64,000 nucleotides of DNA from Octopus vulgaris (Eukaryota), in assembly GCA_951406725.2 (NCBI GenBank), contig OX597823.1, positions 17,608,001-17,672,000 of the forward strand, in the 5' to 3' direction. Both the position numbers and the translations under genes were made by a program. Every line of letters begins with the position of its first letter. Position 1 is the first letter of the stretch. A model generated the notes under the pieces. That model saw nothing but the letters and a program-made list of their open reading frames with translations. It was not told the origin of the DNA and searched no databases. Below are positions 26,376-38,112 of the stretch, in pieces.

Positions 26376-27136
26376 CACTTTGTGTGTGTCTTCGATTGAC
26401 CAGTATCAGGTAGCGAGCTTTCAAGGCATCATTTATTCGCTGCAGTTGTTGAGTATAGAAATCAGCGTTCACATCATGACCATTCCGGACAAGTTCAAAG
26501 TGCAACATCCTCTTGAAATTCCATCAATCGTACAACACGATCGCCTGTTCGAACCGCCCTTGTTTGACAACAAGTTCCGAAGCTTTGCCAGAACGAAGCC
26601 ACTGATTTCTTTTATTAAGATTACAGAAAAAAGAAAAAAAGATCCATTTTTCATCCTCAGTTTCGATTCTACGCCAAAAATGAGCATCTCGACGATTTGG
26701 CCACGGCTGGTTGCAAATGTTCACAAGGCATTGAGACTGGTCGTTGGTCAGTACGTAAGCCGCTTCTCGACAGTGTCTGTCCACAAAGCCGGTCGACCGA
26801 TGGCGCTTTGTGAAGGACCAAGTTCTGCCGACAATGTACGAATACTTGTGTGCTTGGCTGTTATTCAACCGTTTAAAACAAAACCTCGTCTTCCACAACA
26901 GAAAGTCTCCCTGAACTTGGTTTGCCTTTCAGGCTTATGTCACTTTCCTTCAAACGTATAAACCAGTTTTGTGCCAGGCATTCGTTGATAGTCCCTGCCC
27001 TTCACATCATGCATTTCCTCTGCCACTACTCATGCTATAATCTCTTACAGGTAGCGTAAACCGGCTTTAATTGCAATTTTTTTCACTACTCTTTATCAAA
27101 GATGTAAAAATAAAAAATAAACAATTTTATATGTTA

Positions 27137-27534
27137 CTAGCAGTATCGCCCGGCGTTGCTCGGGTTTGTAAGGGAAATAACTATAAAGCATTTTTAGAGA
27201 GTTATAGCCAAAAAATAGCAAAAAAATGCATTAAAAATGGGAAAAAAAATGATGGTAAATTCTTTTTTAAATCGTTGACTCATCGCAGACATTTTTAGAG
27301 AGTTACTTCCCTTATATAATAGCGAAAAAATGCATTGAAATGGGAAAAAATTATGGTAAATTATTTTTAAAATCGTAGACTCATCGTAGACGCGCGCTAA
27401 TACCCAGAAGGGCTCGATATGAATCACGACTATAAGATACCCGATTTTGGTTAAACTGCACCGCAAAATGTGGGAATAGTTAGGAATCTAAATCGTAGGA
27501 GACAGACACACAACTTCTCTTTTATATATAAAGA
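27137..27534 (-). mobile_element. Non-autonomous Helitron
   Basis: Same termini as 23527-23924. Confidence 0.85.
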
Positions 27535-27872
27535 TATATAAAATAAAGAATAAATTCAGTAACGATTGGACAAGTCGTATTAAATTAATGATACAACAGG
27601 GAGGTATAAGTTCTTAAACATCATCAGCGAAAATCCGAAAAAAGCTTTTGATTCAATCTGGTATTTAAGTTTCCTCCGCGCCTGGGTTCCTTCTTCAAAG
27701 GTTTTATTCGATCATATTGCTCTCAATACTTTTTTACAGTGTGATATTTTTTAATATCTGTTTGTTGATTGACTGGCAAAGTTATGGGCATAAAGAGGCA
27801 CAGAACCACACACACATGTAGATATATGTGTGTATACATCTATCTGTCTATCTGCCTGCCGCGCTCTCTCCC

Positions 27873-28120
<248 letters not shown>

Positions 28121-28302
28121 GTGATTTACATGAAACGTAAAGATAATATGGATATTATTACATACCTTTTACTAGCGTATTTATTAACACATTCCAACAT
28201 AGAATTTGTCATGAATTAACATGCACGATTATATAACATTATGTAATAATGTGTTTATGCAACATTGTCACATCTTCAGGTAATATTCCATCTGTATTGG
28301 CA

Positions 28303-29245
28303 GCAAACTGGCAGAAACATTAGCACGCCGGGCGAAATGCTTAGCGATATTTCGTCTGTCTTTACGTTCTGAGTTCAAATTCTGCCCAGGTCGACTTTGC
28401 CTTTCATCCTTTCGAGGCCGATAAATTAAGTACCAGTTGCGCACTGGGGTCGATCTAATCGACTTAATCTGTTTGTCTGTCCTTGTTTGTCCACTTTGTG
28501 TTTAGCCCCTTGTGGGTAGTAAAGAAATAGGTATTTCGTCTGCCGCCACGTTCTGAGTTCAAATTCTGCCGAGGTCGACTTTGCCTTTCATCCTTTCGGG
28601 ATCGATAAATTAAGTACCAGTTACGCACTGGGGTTGATGTAATCGACTTAATCTGTTTGTCTGTCTTTGTTTGTCCACTTTGTGTTTAGCCCCTTGTGGG
28701 TAGTAAAGAAATAGGTATTTCGTCTGCCGTTACGTTCTGAGTTGAAATTCCTAGAGGTCGACTTTGCCTTTCATCCTTTCGAGGTCGATAAATTAAGTAC
28801 CAGTTACGCACTGGGGTTGATGTAATCGACTTAATCTGTTTGCCTGTCTTTGTTTGTCCACTTTGTGTTTAGCCCTTTGTGGTTAGTAAAGAAATAGGTA
28901 TTTCGTCTGCCGCCACGTTCTGAGTTCAAATTCTGCCGAGGTCGACTTTGCCTTTTATCCTTTCGGGGTCGATAAATTAAGTACCAGTTACGCACTGGGG
29001 TCGATGTAATCGACTTAATCTGTTTGTCTGTCTTTGTTTGTCCACTTTGTGTTTAGCCCCTTGTGGGTAGTAAAGAAATAGGTATTTCGTCTGCCGTTAC
29101 GTTCTGAGTTGAAATTCCTAGAGGTCGACTTTGCCTTTCATCATTTCGGGGTCGATAAATTAAGTACCAGTCGCGTACTGGGGTCGGTCTCATCGACTGG
29201 CTCCCTCCCCCAAAATTTCAGGCCATTGTGCCTAGAGTAGAAAAC
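28303..29245 (+). mobile_element. SINE family E tandem array: one head, five 183-184 bp units
   Basis: Internal unit starts at 28531, 28715, 28898, 29082. Confidence 0.93.
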
Positions 29246-29609
29246 TATATTCTACTTCCTGAGAGAAGCATAAACTTTACCTTCCATGCCAAATTACTGA
29301 ATGAGTGCTGTGCTATAGTAAGGGAAATAACTTTGTTGACTTATATTTTGAATCAAGTAGGGTTGTGAGAGTTACTTAACTTCTTTGTCACACAAACTAG
29401 CATATGGATTAATTTCTTTCATAAAATATATAAAATCAACTAATTTCTCCTTGCTTCTCTCTGTCATACTCCGTCTCTCTCTCTCGAGCACACACACACA
29501 CATGCTTTCTCTCACACATACATACACATATGCAATCTCACACTGATCTTTTCAGTTACACATTCGCATACACTCAAACACATACGTGTGTTCATGCTCT
29601 TTCACATTC

Positions 29610-31147
29610 ACCCTCTCTCTCTCTTCCTTCCTTCTTTCTTTACTTCCTTCTTCTCTTTTTTCTTTCTTCTATTCCCTCTCTCTCTCTTCCTTCCTTCTTT
29701 CTTTACTTCCTTCTTCTCTTTTTCTTTCTTCTATTCCCCCTCTCTCTCTCTCTCTTCCTTCCTTCTTTCTTTACTTCCTTCTTCTCTTTTTTCTTTCTTC
29801 TATTCCCTCTCTCTCTCTCTTCTTCCTTCTTTCTTTACTTCCTTCTTCTCTTTTTTCTTTCTTCTATTCCCCCTCTCTCTCTTCCTTCCTTCTTTCTTTA
29901 CTTCCTTCTTTTCCTTTTTCTTTCTTCCATTCCCCCTCTCTCTCTCTCTTCCTTCCTTCTTTCTTTACTTCCTTCTTCTCTTTTTTCTTTCTTCTATTCC
30001 CCCTCTCTCTCTCTCTCTTCCTTCCTTCTTTCTTTACTTCCTTCTTCTCTTTTTTCTTTCTTCTATTCCCCCTCTCTCTCTCTCTCTTCCTTCCTTCTTT
30101 CTTTACTTCCTTCTTCTCTTTTTTTTTCTTCTATTCCCTCTCTCTCTCTTCCTTCCTTCTTTCTTTACTTCCTTCTTCTCTTTTTTCTTTCTTCTATTCC
30201 CCCTCTCTCTCTCTCTTCCTTCCTTCTTTCTTTACTTCCTTCTTCTCTTCTTTCTTTTTTCTTTCTTCTATTCCCTCTCTCTCTCTCTCTCCTTCCTTCT
30301 TTCTTTACTTCCTTCTTCTCTTTTTCTTTCTCTTCTATTCCCCCTCTCTCTCTCTCTTCCTTCCTTCTTTCTTTACTTCCTTCTTCTCTTTTTTTCTTTC
30401 TTCTATTCCCCCTCTCTCTCTCTCTTCCTTCTTTCCTTCCTTTTTCTTTACTTCCTTTTTCTCTTTTTTCTTTCTTCTATTCCCTCTCTCTCTCTCTCCT
30501 TCCTTCCTTCTTTCTTTACTTCCTTCTTCTCTTTTTCTTTCTTCTATTCCCCCTCTCTCTCTCTCTCTCCTTCCTTCCTTCTTTCCTTCCTTCTTCTTCT
30601 TTCTCTTTTTCTTTCTTCTATTCCCCCTCTCTCTCTTCCTTCCTTCTTTCTTTACTTCCTTCTTCTCTTTTTTCTTTCTTCTATTCCCCCTCTCTCTCTT
30701 CCTTCCTTCTTTCTTTACTTCCTTCTTCTCTTTTTTCTTTCTTCTATTCCCCCCTCTCTCTTCCTTCCTTCTTTCTTTACTTCCTTCTTCTCTTTTTTTT
30801 TCTATTCCCCCTCTCTCTCTCTCTCTTCCTTCCTTCTTTCTTTACTTCCTTCTTCTCTTTTTTCTTTCTTCTATTCCCCCTCTCTCTCTCTCTTCCTTCC
30901 TTCTTTCTTTACTTCCTTCTTCTCTTTTTTCTTTCTTTCTCTTCTCCCCCCTCTCTCTCTCTCTCTCTTCCTTCTTTCTTTCTTTACCATCCTTCTTCTC
31001 TTTTTTCTTTCTTCTGTTCCCCCCTCTCTCTCTCTCTTCCTTCCTTCTTTCTTTACTTCCTTCTTTTCTTTTTTCTTTCTTCTATTCCCCCTCTCTCTCT
31101 TCCTTCCTTCTTTCTTTACTTCCTTCTTCTCTTTTTTCTTTCTTCTA
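29610..31147. repeat. Homopyrimidine minisatellite, ~60-65 bp unit
   Basis: ttccttccttctttctttacttccttcttctcttttttctttcttctattccccct(ct)n, roughly two dozen copies. Confidence 0.95.
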
Positions 31148-31496
31148 TGATGAACCCCCCTCCCATCCTCTCCAACACACAATTTTCATCATCTTATACT
31201 TACTATTATTCACCGGTGCAGATCATCACTAGTTTCTCCAGATCCTAATGTCTATTTGTGAAGTTTTTGGTCGAAATGTCTATTCAACCAGAACACAGAA
31301 ATGAAATACTATTGATGTAGTTTTACTCCGACTGACTCTGGATCGGATTGGTATGACTGCGAGACAATTCATATTCCATGCGACATTCCATTGTTCCATA
31401 ACGGATTGTTATATTTCACATAGCAGGCAGGTTATCTGATAGTTCACTGACCACGTTCTGTACATTCTACCTTCCTAATCTGACTGCTGGCTTCTT

Positions 31497-31912
31497 ATTT
31501 TTTTATTGCCGAAAAATGACCCAAACATAGAGGGGACAAACAAGGACAGACAAGGGGATTAAGTTGATTACATCCACCCCAGTGCGTAACTGGTACTTAA
31601 TTTATCGACCCCGAAAGGATGAAAGGCGAAGTCGACCTCGACGGAAATTGAACTCAGAACGTAGCGGCAGACGAAATACCTATTTCTTTACTACCCGCAA
31701 GGGGCTAAACACAGAGAGGAAAAACAAGGACAGACAAACGGATTAAGTCGATTATATCGACCCCAGTGCGTAACTGGTACCTCTTTAATCGACCCCGAAA
31801 GGATGAAAGGCAAAATCGACCTCGGCGGAATTTGAACTCAGAACGTAACGGCAGACGAAATACCGCTAAGCATTTCATCCAACGTGCTAACGTTTCTGCC
31901 AGCTCGCCGCCT
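31497..31912 (-). mobile_element. SINE family E, head plus two units
   Basis: Junction gacgaaatacc|tatttcttt near 31680. Confidence 0.9.
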
Positions 31913-32269
31913 TCTATCTGGCCTTTGTCGTCTAGTTATACCTGGTACAGTATTTACCGTCCATGGTTCAGATTACATGTAACCCTAAGGCTCCATGCAT
32001 CGAATGAGGCAGACAGACTGTAGCAGAACAACACCTAAGGTTTGCCCAGCGTGAGGCGGGTGGTAGCCGTCCAATGAGAAATGAGGGTCTCTCCTTCCTT
32101 TGAAAGTTGTCCTTGGTGTCTAGCTCTAAGCTAATTTGAATGCATGCCAATAACTGGTATCATAGTAGTGAGGTGATACCGTAGTGTCCTCTCCAGAGTG
32201 CAGGCCTGGGCAGGTTTTGTATGGGAGACCAACAGTTGTTTGTCCAGTAGGTGTCTTCTCTCCACGTAA

Positions 32270-33265
32270 ATAATCCTTTCTACTATAGGCACAAGGCCTG
32301 AAATTTGGGGAAGTGGACTAGTCGATTACATCGACCCCAGTACTCAAGTGGTACTTAATTTATCGACTCCGAAAGGATGAAAGGCAAAGTCGACCTCGAC
32401 GAAATTTAAACTCGGAATGTAAAGACGGATGAAATACCTATTTCTCTACTATCCACGAGGGGCTAAACACAGAGGGAACAAACAAGGACAGACAAACGGA
32501 TTACGTCGATTATATTGACCCCAGTGCGTAACTGGTACATATTTAATCGACCCCGAAAGGATGAAAGGCAAAGTCGACTTCGGCGGAATTTGAACTCAGA
32601 ACGTGGCGGCAGACGAAATACCTATTTCTTTACTACTCACAAGGGGCTAAACACAGAGAGGACAAACGGATTAAGTCGATTATATGCTGAGTGTTTTACA
32701 AAGTTTGACACTATCGTAGCCGCAATCTTCTGGTTAGGCATCTTTTTCTGGTTTTGTTAACCCCAGGTTAACACAATTGGTAACCTGGCAAGGTTGACCT
32801 CGGCGGAATTTGAACTCAGAACGTAGTGGCAGACGAAATACCTATTTCTTTACTACCCACAAGGGGCTAAACACAGAGAGGACAAACAAGGACAGACAAA
32901 CGGATTAAGTCGATTATATCGACTCCAGTGCGCAACTGGTACTTATTTAATCGTCCCCGAAAGGATGAAAGGCAAAATCGACCTCGGCGGAATTTGAACT
33001 CAGAACGTACCGGCAGACGAAATACCTATTTCTATTTCTTTATTACCCACAAGGGGCTAAACACAGAGGGGACAAACAAGGACAGACAAACGGATTAAGT
33101 CGATTATATCGACCCCAGTGCGCAACTGGTACTTATTTAATCGATCCCGAAAGGATGAAATGCAAAGTCAACCTCGGCGGAATTTGAACTCAGAACATAC
33201 CGGCAGACGAAATACCGCTAAGCATTTCATCCGGCGTGCTAACGGCTTTGCCAGCTCGCCGCCTT
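32270..33265 (-). mobile_element. SINE family E tandem array, interrupted at ~32686-32790
   Basis: Junctions near 32438, 32622, 32842, 33026. Confidence 0.88.
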
Positions 33266-33327
33266 TAGACGGAATAATAATAATCATACAAAGAAGAAAA
33301 TGCGCCATTTTTTTTTTTTTTTGTTGC

Positions 33328-33590
33328 AGTATGGCCTAGTGGTTAGAGCAGCGGACTCGTGGTCGAGGGATCACAGGTTCGAATTTCAGACCGGGTGATG
33401 TGTGTGTTTATGAGCTCCACACTGCTCCGGCAGAAAGTAATGGCGAACTTCTGCTGGCTTTTTCACCACAGCTTTCTCTCACTCTTTCCTCCTGCATCTT
33501 GCAGCTCACCTGCAACGGACCGGCATCCCGTCCAGGTGGGGAACCTATACGCCCTTATGAGCCAGGTGTGGCTCGAGAAGGAACAAAAAA
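33328..33590 (+). mobile_element. SINE family B
   Basis: Identity to 2179 copy with internal deletions. Confidence 0.88.
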
Positions 33591-33744
33591 TCAACAAACA
33601 TTATTACTATCAAATCATTTCATCCTTCGGGTTCGATAAAATAAGTACCAGTTAAGTACTGGGGTCGATGTAATCAACTTACTCCCTTCCTTGAAATTGC
33701 GGGCCTTGTGCCAAAATATGAAATCGATATTGTATCTTCTCTAA

Positions 33745-34190
33745 TCTATTATATAAAATCCGTCTGTCTGTCTGTGTGTGTCTCTTCTAGGATCTCGGGC
33801 ATCCTCCACCCGATTGCGCTCAAATTTGATTTGTAGATACCGACGGTATCAGGGCGTGTATAAGTCTTGAAAAAGTTACAAAAATCGATTCCAGGTGAGA
33901 ATGCGATCGACAAAGTCATGGGAACCTGCATTTGTACGCGTAAGTGCATCAGCTGTTGTGATGTACTTACTGGTACTTTAAGCTCTTCTGTTGCATATTT
34001 GTGTGAATAAAATCGATTTTCTTTGGAATAGAAAAAAAGTCTATCTTTATTTCTTCTTTTGCTGGTGTCTCAAATTTAGGTTAAATCAGCGTCTCTCAAA
34101 GAGGAGGCCTATGGAAAGTTAGTTGTTTTGAGAAAATTTGGTTTAAATGTTTGACAACTCAGCACCGTCCATTGGATGGGGGACGTTTTG
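33745..34190 (+). mobile_element. Helitron-like 5' fragment
   Basis: a|TCtattatataaaatccgtctgtctg start; no 3' CTAG hairpin found. Confidence 0.5.
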
Positions 34191-34210
34191 CTCGTCTTAT
34201 CTATGTTATA

Positions 34211-34576
34211 CTAGCAGTATCGCCCGGCGTTGCTCAGGTTTGTAAGGGAAATAACTATAAATCATTTTTAGAGAGTTATAGCCAAAAAACAGCAAAAAAA
34301 TGGAAAAAAATGATGGTAAATTTTTTTTGAGATTTAAAAAAGGTGGAGTTGCGTCCCCTAGACAGTTTGTGTTTCGTGTTTCTGATTCTCGACCCCATGT
34401 CGAATTTATCGATTTTTTTCAGAACTGGGGGAAGTTTTCAACATTTTCGCTGCGTTAGTTTTGAATTATGACATTGGGCTATGTGTGTGTCAAGTTTCAT
34501 CAGAATCGGTTGAAAGCCGTGGTCAGGGTGAGGGTACAAGCAAACAGACACACAGAAACACGCACAGACAAACTGC
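34211..34576 (-). mobile_element. Helitron 3' portion flanked by 18-bp direct repeats
   Basis: Same hairpin-CTAG end as 23527 and 27137 but different internal sequence. Confidence 0.75.
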
Positions 34577-34776
34577 CGTCTTATCTATATTATATTTGAA
34601 CCAGAATGAATTGTAATCACTAAAGTCACCCCAGTTAGGGTGTGAAGCTGTTGCAATTGAGATACGTCACCTGGTGAGATGGTTATTGATGTCAGTATAT
34701 ACGTGTTTATTATTGTGTATTATGTTAATGTTTCATGTCCCTACATTTTTCTTGTATGTTTTTATTTATTATGTGA

Positions 34777-35183
34777 TACTCTTTCCTCTTTTAGTTGTTT
34801 CAGTCATTTGACTGTGGCCATGCTGGAGCACCGCCTATAGTCGAGCAAAACGACCCCAGAACTTATTCTTTGTAAGCTTAGCACTTATTCTATCGGTCTC
34901 TTTTGCTGAACCGCTAAGTTACGGAGACGTAAACACAGCATCAAGCGATGTTGGGGGGACAAACACAGAGACAAACAAACAGACAGACAGACAGATACAC
35001 ACACACACACACACATACAACGCACGCGTCTTTCAGTTTCCATCTACCAAATCCACTCACAAGGCTTTGGTCGGCCTGAGGCTATAGTAGAAGACACTTG
35101 CCCAAGCTGCCACACAGTGGGACTGAACCCAGAACCCTGTGGTTGGTAAACGAGCTACTTACCACAGAGCCACTCCTGCACCT
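34777..35183 (-). mobile_element. SINE family A
   Basis: Full-length, CpG-decayed. Confidence 0.88.
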
Positions 35184-35193
35184 ATGATCACTA

Positions 35194-35224
<31 letters not shown>

Positions 35225-35604
35225 GTTTAGTTTGTAGTATCTGTGTACTGGATGGATGATTTGAAGTGTGTTATGATGCCCCCTCCTCTGTGATATGGTC
35301 TTCCCAATTTGATAGGAGTATAATTTGTGAATTTAGATATTCTGCACAGTAATTTCTGAAACGTTTCCTGCATGTCTGATGATAATATTTTTTTGTTTTT
35401 TGCTCCATAAATGTAATTTATGTTAATACATTTGTATTGTAGTATTTTTAAATTCTATTTAAAATGTATATGGAATTGTGACTTTAGGAACAATACTTCT
35501 GTGTTTTTTTCCATTTTTTTCTAATGTTGTTACTGCCATTGTTTTTTGTGTCTATAATAGCATGTATTTATGAAGGGCCTTGTAAATGGTATTGAATATA
35601 TATA

Positions 35605-35822
35605 AGGCAGCGAGCTGGCAGAAACATTACCACGCCGGGTGAAATGCATAGCTGTATTTCGTCTGCCGTCACGTTCTGAGTTCAAATTCCGCCGAGGTCG
35701 ACTTTGCCTTTCATTCTTTCGGGGTCGATTAAATAAGTACCAGTTACGTACTGGGGTCGATATAATCGACTTAATCCGTTTGTCCTCTCTGTGTTTAGCC
35801 CCTTGTGGGCGGTAAAGAAATA
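35605..35822 (+). mobile_element. SINE family E monomer with 14-bp TSD
   Basis: ggtattgaatatat at 35588-35601 and 35823-35836. Confidence 0.9.
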
Positions 35823-36226
35823 GGTATTGAATATATTTGTATTGAATATATAGGTATTGAATATATTGTATTTTCATGAACATTTTCAGAAGTTTTTAAA
35901 GTTCTTTTTCACCCAAAGTCATCACATTTACTGCTTTCTGATCCAACAAACACGACGACTCTGTTTCAATGTTGCTATGTGATAAACTGACAGCATTTAA
36001 ACAGAATTCAGACCATCGCTATCTCACATCTTCTTCTGGCATATATATTCTGGTTGACATTATCCAGCATATTCAGACATTGAGTGACAGTACAATGTAA
36101 TTTGGAGGAGATTTAACTGATAATAATAGTAGGCTAATTAAAGTACGTAGCAAATCCTTTATAGGGATATTGGTTTATTATGTAAGCAGTGGTCTGCACT
36201 ACCACTTTCCCATATATATATATATT

Positions 36227-36571
36227 TAATTATAACAATAATTAAGGGTTTAGCAACAAGTTGCTTCACCACATCACATACTGAAAATTTAGAAATAGCA
36301 GCCAAAAGACCGCTATTTCTTTTTCTTACAAAATATGTTGACAAAGGAAATGAATTTTTATAATTCTAATCCAGAAACACGTCCATAATTAATCGAAGAC
36401 TGTTTGATTTCATTATTTTTCTTCTTTTTACCTATGTGAGTTACAAACGTTGTTATCTGTGGAGACGTATTTTGTAGGAAAAAGAAATAGCGGTCTTTTG
36501 GCTGCTATTTCTAAATTTTCGGTATGTGATGAAGCAACTTGTCGCCAAACCCTTAATTATTGTTATAATTA
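36227..36571. repeat. Foldback element, ~110-bp arms and ~126-bp spacer
   Basis: Arms 36227-36338 and 36465-36571. Confidence 0.88.
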
Positions 36572-36691
36572 TATATCAAAAATACTTTTTGTATAAGTTT
36601 TTACCAAATATGGTTCTTTTCCATTCCGAAACTATTTGGTAAAATTTATTAATTTATTAAATTAATAATTCTTTACCCTATATCTATAATG

Positions 36692-36734
<43 letters not shown>

Positions 36735-36825
36735 TCCTTATGGTGCCTATATAGAAATGCATGGATTGTAATATTCTTAAATCAGTAGTCTGTAATTCTA
36801 CAGTGTACCTATTTATAGTTAAGTA

Positions 36826-38112
36826 CAAGGGTGGGCTAAAAAGCTCATAGACAGACTATGAAAGAGTGATGCTAGAGCTGTGAAATCTAACATGCATTAA
36901 TTAAACTCTTCTTATTAATAACTGGATTGTTTCTTTTACAGGTAAACTGATATTTCAGAGTTCAAAGAATACTTCAAAAATAACTAGTAGTGGCTGCTCT
37001 TAAAAATCGACAAAACTTGGCATTGGGGTGTTATCATGTACCTGCAGAAAAAAGAGTGTAGCCCCCAACGATATTCATACTGATATGGTCGCTACATTAG
37101 GGGATGATGCTTCAGCTTTATCAATAGTGCAAAAGTTAACAAGTGAATTTAGAAGGCGAAGAGTGAGTCTTGAAGATGACCCAAGTTCTTGACATCCTAC
37201 AACTGTAACTACCAAGGAAAACATTGATGATGTTCAACACATGGTGTGGAATAACAGGTGATTGACTATAAAAATAAATATAGCTAATACTATTAACATA
37301 TCCTGTGAAAGAGTTGAGAATATTCTGCAAAAGGAACTTGGCATGATGGTGGTTTCTGTTCAGTGGGTACCATGTGTTTTGACACCTGATCAAAAGTGTA
37401 TCAGTCTGATCACATTACGGGGAAAACCTGACATTATTTGAAGCAGACCCAGCTGGTTTCCATGAACATTTCCTAAGGCAGGATAAGTGTTGGGTTCATC
37501 ACTTTGAGCCAGAGACAAAGAAACAATCCATGTAGTGGAAACACCTCTCCTCACCTGCGCCAAAGTCGTTTCATCTGTAGAGAAGGTGATGTCTTCGGTT
37601 TTGGGAGATGCGAAAGACATTGTGTTTATTGAATATCTTCAAAAGAGCTACACCATCAATGGTGAGTACTATGCCAACGTACAGAGGCAGTTACAAAAGG
37701 CTATCAAGATCAAAAGCCCAGGAAAATTGGTGAAAGGGGTTTTGTTTCATTAGGACAATACTCCAGCACACAAGTTCTTGGTTTCAATGGCTGCTGTGCG
37801 TGACTGTGGCTTTGAACAGATTGATCAGCCTACATATTCTCCTGATGGCCCATCTGACTATCATGTGTTCCTCAACATGGAAAAACATTTGGCTGAGAAC
37901 CAGTATCACATTGATGGTGACATCATATCTGCTGTTGATGACTTTTTTTGCCCAACAAGATGAAAGCTTGTTTGTCAATAAAATCAAGTACTGCAACGCT
38001 GATGGAAGAAGTGTATGGACCACAAAGGGGACTATGTTGAAAAGTAAACCTAATTTGACTATATTCCATGAAAGTATCTTGGTTAGCTTATGAACTTTTC
38101 AGTCAACCCTCA
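36826..38112 (+). mobile_element. Full-length decayed mariner (transposase pseudogene)
   Basis: TA-flanked TIRs; WVPCVLT, WVHHFEPETKKQS, FH*DNTPAH and YSPD..PSDYHVF motifs with stops and frameshifts. Confidence 0.92.

Larger units (their letters stand above)
25627..27661 (-). mobile_element. Decayed mariner transposon with nested SINE and Helitron
   Basis: DEKWIF, VNADFYTQQLQR and HLAESPDFTPSFYHLF motifs; TIRs ccaagttgagttaaaag / cttttgattcaatctgg. Confidence 0.85.

Noticed and set aside
28303-29245. SINE array as a CRISPR-like or guide-RNA array
   Set aside because: Units are homologous along their whole length, with no variable spacers.
29530-31248. Three overlapping >500-aa ORFs
   Set aside because: Pyrimidine-only repeat cannot form stop codons.
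36990-38045. Intact or domesticated mariner (SETMAR-like) gene
   Set aside because: Multiple stops and frameshifts; no SET exons seen.
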